Positions 56,555-64,000 of a stretch of DNA of 64,000 bases are shown here, one piece after another; position 1 is the first letter of the stretch; every line of letters begins with the position of its first letter. The DNA lies in assembly GCA_007280465.1 (NCBI GenBank), contig QYPM01000002.1, positions 2,608 to 66,607 of the forward strand, written 5' to 3'. The stretch comes from Nitrosopumilales archaeon. GTDB taxonomy: Archaea; Thermoproteota; Nitrososphaeria; Nitrososphaerales; Nitrosopumilaceae. Made by a program: the position numbers and the translations under genes. Under the pieces are notes generated by a model. The model was not told the origin of the DNA, searched no databases, and saw only the letters and a list, made by a program, of their open reading frames with translations.

Positions 56555-57427
56555 CTAGACACTTGAGAACTGCATTAAATTGTAAAGATATGCAGCATTT
56601 CTTTCAGTGTCACCACCAAGTGGTACTTTTCCAAGTCCAGTAGTCTTTGCCTCAAGTGCAGCTTGCGCTGCACCCACAGCAAAACAGATTGCCCAGATAG
56701 GATCTTTTTCTTTCAAATAAGAGCAAGTAAAAGCTGCGCAAAATATGTCCCCAACTCCAGTGGTATCACTTATTGAAATATTTGGAATTTTTAGGTGGTA
56801 CATTCTATCTTTTGCAAGCATCGTAATGTTTTGTTTGTCAGTATAAAGTACATGTTTGACACCTTTTTTTTGTAATGCAATCATTGCTTCTTTTTCTTTC
56901 AAACCTGTAAGATAGAATGCTTCATCAGGGTCTGTTTTAATTGCAGTTATGCCAGATAAGTCAAGTAGAGTTTTTTCCAAAAAGATTTTACCAGTATTAT
57001 CCACTCTACGAAGATATCCTTGAGGATCAAGTAATGTAAAATCAAAATTTTCTTTTATTGCATCTAGTGTTTCTTCAGAGACTTCATCAAATACTGGACT
57101 TACTATTGCGCCATTGGCATCAGATTTTATGGATTCAATCGGATCACATTTTGCTTTAAGATACAGATCACGCTCTGTTCCAAATATTTTTAATAGGAAT
57201 CTAGTAGTAGGCGTATCAACAATAGAACTTTGGGAAAGAAAGATTCCTTTTTTTTCAAGTTCTGTACGAAATAAAAAATCTGTCCCCACTTTGGTATGAA
57301 GATCAATTTCAAACTTCATATTTTTTGCGGTCAATCCACAATAACACGCAGGACCACCAGCAGTTTCCACTATATCATTTTGAGATATCTCATCTATTGT
57401 GCAATGAGAGAAAATTGCAATCTTCAT
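56555..57427 (-). CDS. PfkB family carbohydrate kinase
   Basis: AGGPA, LDPQG, DTTGVGD. Confidence 0.9.
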   Translation of the reverse strand: MKIAIFSHCTIDEISQNDIVETAGGPACYCGLTAKNMKFEIDLHTKVGTDFLFRTELEKKGIFLSQSSIVDTPTTRFLLKIFGTERDLYLKAKCDPIESIKSDANGAIVSPVFDEVSEETLDAIKENFDFTLLDPQGYLRRVDNTGKIFLEKTLLDLSGITAIKTDPDEAFYLTGLKEKEAMIALQKKGVKHVLYTDKQNITMLAKDRMYHLKIPNISISDTTGVGDIFCAAFTCSYLKEKDPIWAICFAVGAAQAALEAKTTGLGKVPLGGDTERNAAYLYNLMQFSSV

Positions 57428-57453
57428 TTAATTTGATGCCAATACCTTTCCAT

Positions 57454-57558
57454 TTAGTCCTTTTTCTGACCCTTTAGACAGGATTGACATATTATCTTGC
57501 CCTTTACTACAGATATTTCCACATTAGATGTAAGACAGATATGGCAAAGGCCGAGCAT
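57454..57558 (-). CDS. zinc-finger microprotein (34 aa), not in ORF track
   Basis: MLGLCHICLTSNVEISVVKGKIICQSCLKGQKKD (CxxC-x15-CxxC). Confidence 0.65.
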   Translation of the reverse strand: MLGLCHICLTSNVEISVVKGKIICQSCLKGQKKD

Positions 57559-57757
57559 ATTGATTCTAGAATAATATGAAATTTAAATTTTTTAAGACAT
57601 TGAATTGCATAACTAAAGATCTCATAATATCGCCTCAAATGAATAGACAGATTTTAAACAGGGATTGCAATAGGCAACTAAAACATTCCATTGTCTAGTA
57701 AACAGGTAAACCCTAGGTGTCAAATATCGTTATAAAGAGGCACCTTACAGGTAAAAC

Positions 57758-58045
57758 ATGCCACTAAAGCGTGCTAGTCGTGGAAGACAAAAAGGTGGAA
57801 AAGGATCAACTGGTCGTATCCAGTGTACAAACTGTGGTGCTACAGTTCCACGTGACAAGGCAAAGAAGGTAACATCAAGACTAAATCTAGTAGAGCACAC
57901 TTTGGCAAAAGAGCTAAGAGCTCAAGGAGCATACATTGCATCACCCACAGTACTCAAATGGTATTGTATTTCATGTGCGATACACTTTGGAATTTTAAAA
58001 ATCAGATCAGCTGATTCAAGACGTCAGACCGGCAGACTGAGATAG
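57758..58045 (+). CDS. rps26e: 30S ribosomal protein S26e
   Basis: MPLKRASRGR, CTNCG...PRDKA, YCISCA. Confidence 0.96.
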   Translation: MPLKRASRGRQKGGKGSTGRIQCTNCGATVPRDKAKKVTSRLNLVEHTLAKELRAQGAYIASPTVLKWYCISCAIHFGILKIRSADSRRQTGRLR

Positions 58046-58046
58046 T

Positions 58047-58640
58047 CTAATCTTTTATTCCGCGAGCTGTTGTCATTATCCTCTGAACAAATGTTATTCC
58101 CGCAATTATTGCCACAATTATTACAGCGTAATTTAGGAATCCAATCATTCCAATTATTGCAATTACAAGTAACCTTTCTGCACGCTCCCCTATACCTATG
58201 CCCTGAAGTTGAACTCCAAGAGATTCTGCTCTTGCCCTAGTGTAACTTACAAGTAGAGATAGTCCTATCGCCAATAACACCAGATACCCCTGAGAATATC
58301 CGCCAATTAGAATTCCAAGAAATATTGCAACTTCCGCAATTTTATCAAAGACAGAATCAAGAAATGCTCCCTTTTTAGATGTCTTTCCAGTGATATGTGC
58401 AACTTGTCCATCTACAATATCAAAAAATCCTGAAACAAGTAACAAGATTCCTCCAAGGACAAAAGAATATTCAAGATGAATAGCATAAACGATTGCAGAT
58501 GCAAATGCAAAACAAAGTCCAACTGCCGTCCAGAAATTTGCAGGCAATCCCGTAGACGCAAAAACTTTACCAATATTCTGAAGAGTCGGCTTTAGACTCT
58601 CTCTAAAGTTGTTAAGCATTTGATACCAGCTATCTGACAA
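58047..58640 (-). CDS. CDP-alcohol phosphatidyltransferase
   Basis: DIVDGQVA...GAFLDSVFD, SYTRARAE. Confidence 0.93.
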   Translation of the reverse strand: MSDSWYQMLNNFRESLKPTLQNIGKVFASTGLPANFWTAVGLCFAFASAIVYAIHLEYSFVLGGILLLVSGFFDIVDGQVAHITGKTSKKGAFLDSVFDKIAEVAIFLGILIGGYSQGYLVLLAIGLSLLVSYTRARAESLGVQLQGIGIGERAERLLVIAIIGMIGFLNYAVIIVAIIAGITFVQRIMTTARGIKD

Positions 58641-58739
58641 TAATTTATACCATGTATCTTAGAGCATGCCTGTCAAAATATATCCAGATTTGAATAAAAT
58701 ATTAAAAAATCTGATATAATAGTGCGTTTTAGAACTCTC

Positions 58740-58952
58740 ATGGGCCTCATAGCAAAAGGTGCAAAGTGTAGTGTCAAAGAATGTGGCGAGGATGGAGTAC
58801 GTTCACTCACCCCGTCAAAGGTAGAAGGAACTGGTGTTGGCATTCCAAATGGTTTGAAAAAGGCCATCCTTTGTAAAGAACACTACAAAGAATGGAAGAA
58901 AGCAACAAAGGGTGAGAGAGATACCGAAAAAGCCAGATTTAGCAGATTCTAG
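58740..58952 (+). CDS. small conserved archaeal Zn-binding protein
   Basis: MGLIAKGAKCSVKEC...LCKEHYKEWKK; ATG 58740. Confidence 0.8.
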   Translation: MGLIAKGAKCSVKECGEDGVRSLTPSKVEGTGVGIPNGLKKAILCKEHYKEWKKATKGERDTEKARFSRF

Positions 58953-59053
58953 ACAATTAACAACTATTTCAAAATATACTTGATTTTCTTTTTCATATAG
59001 ATAATTTCCATGACAAAAGGATTCAAAGAAAACTAGATTACTAATGTTTGGCT

Positions 59054-60118
59054 CTAGTGTTTTTTTGCAAAGTATGCTTTTGACAGGTCGTCATAGTATT
59101 TGTTCAATTTTTTATACAATCGCTTTGGTTTTCGGGGTTTTTCATTACTTAGGGCATAAAGACAAAGTATTGGAAACGCAATAGTTGCATCAGCATAAAC
59201 CATTATCACATCTTCATGAGCATCTTGTACTTTGCCCCAGCTCTTTCCTTCCTGCAAGGTTGCACCAGATAGTCCACCAGTATCAGGTCTTGCATCTGTG
59301 ATTTGTATGATATAATTTTGACCCCCATGACCAAGACCAAGAATTTGATCAAGTAATGGGCCTGTTTGCTGTGCAGTGTTTTTTGGCACACCTCCGCCTA
59401 ATTCAACTATTCCAGATTTCTTGGAATTATATAGAATTGCAGCTTGCTCTATTATTTCCCTTACAAAGTCAAGACTGTGAATTTTGTTTTCAAGTCTTAG
59501 AGGAGCCAAGTCCAATGCAAGTGAAGAATCTTTTAGAGTCGAGATATAGACAGGAACATCATAATCATATGCAGTTACAACAAAACTGCGCTCTGGATTT
59601 TTTGAATGTGCTTTAGAATATTTTCCCATCGCGTTACAAAACTCTGCAGTTGTAAACGGTTTATCAAGCAGATCTTTTGTAAACATCTTTTGCACAATCT
59701 TGTCTTCGGCTTTGAGAGTCTCTTCTCCCTTGATGTATACATCACGAATTCTGACTATATCTTTCTGATAGAGTATCATATCATCCACCTCAAAGTGTCC
59801 CTGTTTTACTGGAAGATTCCAGGCAAAATGATCCTCGTGATATACATTTGCACCAGTAGAAACTATCCAGTCAACAAAACCTCGCTCAATGAGAGATTTG
59901 AATAATCCTCCAAAACCAACAGGGGTCAGTGCACCTGCGATTGTAAGACAGATTGTAGCATCATCTTCAATCATTTTACAGTATAATTTTGCCGCATCTC
60001 CGAGTTGTCGTGCATTATACCCAGTACTTGCAAATATGTCCACCAGATCATCGATTCCCATATTGGGCTTGATCTTCAGGTGAGGAATGTCTTTTCCTTT
60101 AAAATTATGATGGTCCAC
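59054..60118 (-). CDS. deoxyhypusine synthase-like / homospermidine biosynthesis protein
   Basis: STGAN, GGGVPKN, DTGGLSGATLQEGKSWGK, ADATIAFP. Confidence 0.9.
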   Translation of the reverse strand: MDHHNFKGKDIPHLKIKPNMGIDDLVDIFASTGYNARQLGDAAKLYCKMIEDDATICLTIAGALTPVGFGGLFKSLIERGFVDWIVSTGANVYHEDHFAWNLPVKQGHFEVDDMILYQKDIVRIRDVYIKGEETLKAEDKIVQKMFTKDLLDKPFTTAEFCNAMGKYSKAHSKNPERSFVVTAYDYDVPVYISTLKDSSLALDLAPLRLENKIHSLDFVREIIEQAAILYNSKKSGIVELGGGVPKNTAQQTGPLLDQILGLGHGGQNYIIQITDARPDTGGLSGATLQEGKSWGKVQDAHEDVIMVYADATIAFPILCLYALSNEKPRKPKRLYKKLNKYYDDLSKAYFAKKH

Positions 60119-60202
60119 GAACGACTAACTTATTTTTGGGTTAAATAAATACTTGCAAGAATTTACAACAATTATTCCAGATAAAACTTGCGTAAAAATA
60201 AA

Positions 60203-60231
60203 AAGTAGAACCTATTGGGGGAGTTCTACTT
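60203..60231 (-). terminator. hairpin followed by T-rich tract (minus strand)
   Basis: AAGTAGAAC/GTTCTACTT 9-bp stem over the stop of the C2H2 microORF, followed by TTTATTTTT on minus. Confidence 0.45.
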
Positions 60232-60331
60232 CCCTCGTGTCATGTTGAGAGATTTCTTTATGCATAACAACATGAGACTTTTCTTTGAAAGTCAGATTAC
60301 ATCTGTAACAATGCCATGCTGTCATGCTCAT
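60212..60331 (-). CDS. C2H2 zinc-finger microprotein (39 aa), not in ORF track
   Basis: MSMTAWHCYRCNLTFKEKSHVVMHKEISQHDTREVELPQ. Confidence 0.7.
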   Translation of the reverse strand: MSMTAWHCYRCNLTFKEKSHVVMHKEISQHDTREVELPQ

Positions 60332-60505
60332 GCCATCTATAATGTATTTTTAATATTTAAGACGTGTGTATGATTTGTTCATTTGATAATGACCCAAATT
60401 ATTTTGGAAAAAATCCAGTGATTTGCATATATCACAATCAAAGATTGTAAAACCAAGTAGAAGGCGCCTATTTTTCACATAGTATTTTAAGAAGAAAACC
60501 TAGTC

Positions 60506-62287
60506 TTGAAGCAGATGCAAGTTTTCAAAGAGGAAAAATGGAATTTAAGTGAACTTGTAAAAAATCCAGATTCTCCCCTGTTTACCAAGCGTCTTAGTGC
60601 CATACAATTAGCCGTTAAAAATTTTGAAAAGAACAAGAAGATACTCAAATCGACATTATCTGAGAAAAAATTCCTTTCAATGCTTCATACTTTGGAAAAG
60701 ATAACAGAGGACTTTAGCAGCGTCTCAGGATATGCCTCCTTAGAGTACTCATCAGATACACAGTCAGACAAGGCCACTGCGTTACTTTCAAAGATGCGAA
60801 AGTTTGGAGCACAACTAGAGAATCAGACTTTATTTTTTGACCAATGGTGGAAGAAACAACTTGATGAGAAAAACGCTCAAAGGCTGATGAAATCAGCAGG
60901 AGAGTTGCATGAATTTTTACGATACAAGCGATTACTTGCAAAATATTCCCTTACTGAACCAGAAGAAAGAATAATCAACACATTAGATGTCACAGGTCAC
61001 TCGGCTCTTGTCAAGATCTATGACAAGATAACAAATGCGTTTGTGTTCGAGGTAAAGATAGATGGGAAGACCAAGAAATACAACAGAGAAGAACTATCAG
61101 TTCTAATTCGAAGTCCAAAACCAAGGACAAGAGAGATTGCATACAAGGCATTATTATCAGAATTTGACAAAAACAAGGGAGTCCTAGGAGAAATTTATCA
61201 GAACATAGTTTCAAACTGGAAAGATGAGTGCATTCAGATACGAGGATACGCATCTCCAATATCAGTTAGAAATATTGGAAATGATATAGATGACAAGACA
61301 GTAAACTCACTTCTTTCTGTTTGTAAGAAAAACTCGGATGTATTTCGAAAGTTCTTTTTGCAAAAGGCACGTATCTTGAAAATGAAAAAATTACGTAGAT
61401 ATGACATTTATGCACCAATTCAGAAAAAGGAAGAAAAAGGATACAGCTATGATAAAGCTGTAAAACTAGTTCTTGAGACTCTAAAGGATTTCAGTCCGGA
61501 GTTAAGTGAGTATGCTAAGAGAGTATTTGTTCAAAAACATGTAGATTCCACCATAAGACCAGGAAAGAGAAGTGGTGCCTTTTGTAGTACCATATCTCCA
61601 AAGATAACGCCATATGTTTTGGTAAATTTCAAAGGAAGAACCAATGATGTATTTACTTTGGCTCATGAGATTGGTCATGCAATCCACAGCGTTGCAGCTT
61701 CAGACAAATCAATATTCATTGCAGAGGCACCATTACCATTAGCTGAGACAGCCTCTACATTTTCTGAAATGTTGTTGTTTAACAAAATTCTTGATCAAAT
61801 ATCAGAGGAGGAACAGCAATCCAATCTAGCAGTACATTTGGATGACTTGTATGCAACAGTAGGACGACAGGCATACTTTACACTATTTGAGATAGCCGCA
61901 CATGAAAAAATTGGTAATGGTGCGATGGTTCAAGATATAACATCAGAATACATGAAGACTCTAAAAGATCAGTTTGGCAATTCGGTAGACATTACTCCAG
62001 ACTTTGGAACAGAATGGACTTGTATTCCTCACTTTTACCATTCGCCGTTTTACTGTTATTCTTACTCTTTTGGAAATCTGCTTTCACTATCATTGTATCA
62101 AAGATATAGAAAAGAAGGAGCGGGATTTTCCTCCACATATGTCGACATTTTAGCTGCAGGTGGTTCAAAAAAACCAGAGGATCTTCTCAAAGAACATGGA
62201 ATTGACATTACGTCAGAGAATTTCTGGCAAGAAGGCTTTGAATATATCAAAAACCAGACAGATAGACTTGGAAAATTAATTAATTAA
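60506..62287 (+). CDS. pepF: M3B oligoendopeptidase F
   Basis: GKRSGAFC, TLAHEIGHAIH, AETASTFSE, IPHFY. Confidence 0.93.
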   Translation: MKQMQVFKEEKWNLSELVKNPDSPLFTKRLSAIQLAVKNFEKNKKILKSTLSEKKFLSMLHTLEKITEDFSSVSGYASLEYSSDTQSDKATALLSKMRKFGAQLENQTLFFDQWWKKQLDEKNAQRLMKSAGELHEFLRYKRLLAKYSLTEPEERIINTLDVTGHSALVKIYDKITNAFVFEVKIDGKTKKYNREELSVLIRSPKPRTREIAYKALLSEFDKNKGVLGEIYQNIVSNWKDECIQIRGYASPISVRNIGNDIDDKTVNSLLSVCKKNSDVFRKFFLQKARILKMKKLRRYDIYAPIQKKEEKGYSYDKAVKLVLETLKDFSPELSEYAKRVFVQKHVDSTIRPGKRSGAFCSTISPKITPYVLVNFKGRTNDVFTLAHEIGHAIHSVAASDKSIFIAEAPLPLAETASTFSEMLLFNKILDQISEEEQQSNLAVHLDDLYATVGRQAYFTLFEIAAHEKIGNGAMVQDITSEYMKTLKDQFGNSVDITPDFGTEWTCIPHFYHSPFYCYSYSFGNLLSLSLYQRYRKEGAGFSSTYVDILAAGGSKKPEDLLKEHGIDITSENFWQEGFEYIKNQTDRLGKLIN

Positions 62288-62290
62288 AGC

Positions 62291-62370
62291 GCCTGGCAGT
62301 CAAGCGCCCCCAACTGCCAGGCAATGTTCCCCTACGGTTTGAACCGATGTCAAGGACACTATGAACACAT
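62291..62370. other. GC-rich structured intergenic element (two hairpins)
   Basis: GCCTGGCAGT/ACTGCCAGGC 10-bp stem plus a CGGT-TTGA-ACCG hairpin nested in a longer imperfect stem. Confidence 0.45.
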
Positions 62371-62413
62371 TATAATTTAAACCTAGAGTTTAGATCGGGA
62401 ACTATTTTATTTT

Positions 62414-62590
62414 ATGAGAACTATTACTGCACGAGTGAAATACCTTAGATGTTGTAATAGAGAAGCAGAGTACTTGATTACTTATGACTGCGGACCTGAT
62501 CCACGACAGACTATGCTTGTCTGCAAGTACCATTACAAAGAAGAACCGTTTCAGAGGTTTGCAATAAAGATAGAAAAACTAAGAGGGTAA
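62414..62590 (+). CDS. small Cys/His protein (58 aa), not in ORF track
   Basis: MRTITARVKYLRCCNREAEYLITYDCGPDPRQTMLVCKYHYKEEPFQRFAIKIEKLRG. Confidence 0.65.
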   Translation: MRTITARVKYLRCCNREAEYLITYDCGPDPRQTMLVCKYHYKEEPFQRFAIKIEKLRG

Positions 62591-62622
62591 ACTTAATAGT
62601 TCGATTTTAAAAATTCCATTAA

Positions 62623-63813
62623 ATGAAAAACTTGCTTGCCTTATCATTAATTTTCTCTTTATTGATGACTTCATTTGTTTCAGTTTATGCACAACAGCCA
62701 CAACTTGCATCATATCGTGAAACAGCCAACATACTAATTGATGAAAAAGTACAGAATCAGACTACTGCATTTATCACCCTTACATCTACAAGCCCAGTGG
62801 AAATGAGAGTTCCTTCAGATCTTAGTGAAAAGATTAGAAATACAGCCAATGTAACTTCAATAGTAATAACAAATGCAGATAGATGCATCACAGGAATTCA
62901 GGATCAAGGATGTATTTTGATAAACATTGTTTCCCCATCACTTATTGAGACTTACAATATCACAACAATTCAAACAACTGCTAGGCAAGTAGGAGATGGT
63001 TTGATTGATAGTGTAAACAAGGCATTCGCTACAAATGCGCAATTTAACAACGTGTTTGTAAATCCAAAGGGCGAACTTAACAGTGCACTTGGTACATCTG
63101 GAATTGTATCAGGAAATAGAACCATATCAGTTGTGTATACAATGTCACGGCCAGATTCTGCTTATCTCTTTGAGGGATTAACATCCATTCTAATACCAAA
63201 GCAAATTCGCGATGATGGAGGATTTTTCAATGCCGCAAACAAGATGGCTCAAGATTCCAATTCTACAGTTACATTTGCAATGACTCCAGGAAAAGGCTCA
63301 CCACTTTATCAATTACAAGTCTCAAAACACATTCCAATCAAGACCAAAGTAACCACGGTCAAGCCATTAGAGTTGTTAGGGATTGACAAACTTGAAAGAT
63401 CAAATTACTTTAGCGTTGGCTTTTTTCCTTTGAATTCCATTCTAGAGGTTACAGCGATATCTAGTGATAATATTGCAGTAACAAATCACGGTGGAGATTT
63501 ATCTCCAACTACAATCAAAAATGGCCAAAAGTTTCCAGCAGACCTAACTAAAGAAGGCTGGATTATAGACCCAGAGTCAGGAAATAAAATTTCTGCAATA
63601 TACCTATTTGGAAAAACAAATTCAATTACAAGCGACCAATCATCACTGACATTAGGCATTGCCCCATTACAGGTACAGCCCCCACAAAACAATACAACTG
63701 TAACACCCATAACACCAATTACAAAATCTTCAGATAATTATTCCACTTATGCTTTGATTGGCATAATTGCAGCAGGTGCAGCTGCAGTATACATATTCAT
63801 GAAAAGAAGATAA
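62623..63813 (+). CDS. thaumarchaeal surface protein with C-terminal membrane anchor
   Basis: Signal peptide, Thr/Pro linker, C-terminal TM + KRR. Confidence 0.8.
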   Translation: MKNLLALSLIFSLLMTSFVSVYAQQPQLASYRETANILIDEKVQNQTTAFITLTSTSPVEMRVPSDLSEKIRNTANVTSIVITNADRCITGIQDQGCILINIVSPSLIETYNITTIQTTARQVGDGLIDSVNKAFATNAQFNNVFVNPKGELNSALGTSGIVSGNRTISVVYTMSRPDSAYLFEGLTSILIPKQIRDDGGFFNAANKMAQDSNSTVTFAMTPGKGSPLYQLQVSKHIPIKTKVTTVKPLELLGIDKLERSNYFSVGFFPLNSILEVTAISSDNIAVTNHGGDLSPTTIKNGQKFPADLTKEGWIIDPESGNKISAIYLFGKTNSITSDQSSLTLGIAPLQVQPPQNNTTVTPITPITKSSDNYSTYALIGIIAAGAAAVYIFMKRR

Positions 63814-63817
63814 AATT

Positions 63818-64000
63818 TTAGAGAATCAATACTGCGGCAGTAAATACTGTAGTCCAGTGACCTTTTGCATCTCCTACAGCACTCTGGGTGATGTTTCTAG
63901 TCTTGTATATCTGCCCAGATATCTTCCACTGTTGTCTTTTCTCATCCCAGCTCTTGTTTACATCAAATGATATTCCAAGTGAGGATGCAAGCATCTGTGC
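63818..64000 (-). CDS. pdaD: pyruvoyl-dependent arginine decarboxylase (C-terminal part, truncated by window)
   Basis: AQMLASSLGISFD...WDEKRQQWKISGQIYKTRNITQSA...WTTVFTAAVLIL*. Confidence 0.85.
   Translation of the reverse strand, partial: AQMLASSLGISFDVNKSWDEKRQQWKISGQIYKTRNITQSAVGDAKGHWTTVFTAAVLIL

Noticed and set aside
62320-62370. Fluoride riboswitch or tRNA-fragment resemblance (GGCAATG..., GGTTCAAACC on minus)
   Set aside because: The remaining consensus elements are missing; kept only as a generic structured-RNA candidate.

Overview
AT-rich archaeal chromosome segment with thaumarchaeal hallmarks: a PEFG-CTERM protein, several cupredoxins, S26e, aRF1, PurP, GatCAB with AspS, and IPxW-type secreted proteins. 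It is probably an ammonia-oxidising archaeon (Nitrosopumilales/Nitrosotalea-like; inference). Positions 0-5 kb and 29.8-64 kb are mostly housekeeping: tRNA-Phe, gatCAB-aspS, rlmN, purP, prf1, ilvD, trpEGDCBA, pyrG, rps26e, a DHS-like gene, pepF and a partial pdaD. Positions ~5-29.8 kb form a dense stress/dormancy-like island. It holds 5 universal stress proteins, 6 CBS-domain proteins (one a CBS-HPF ribosome-hibernation fusion), a P1B-5 ATPase, NRAMP, a PRT plus alpha/beta hydrolase pair, an atypical MDH-family enzyme, HtpX, two cupredoxins, a class III cyclase next to a GvpD/KaiC-like ATPase, two DNA-binding proteins and several unannotated Cys-rich microproteins. The main new signal is a 16-bp palindrome, TTATCA-N4-TGATAA. 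It recurs at 12 sites lying 42-45 bp upstream of island start codons and just upstream of TATA boxes, which points to a single activator-controlled regulon reminiscent of the mycobacterial DosR dormancy regulon. No CRISPR array, rRNA or transposase was seen. All calls come from reading motifs by eye; no database searches were run.
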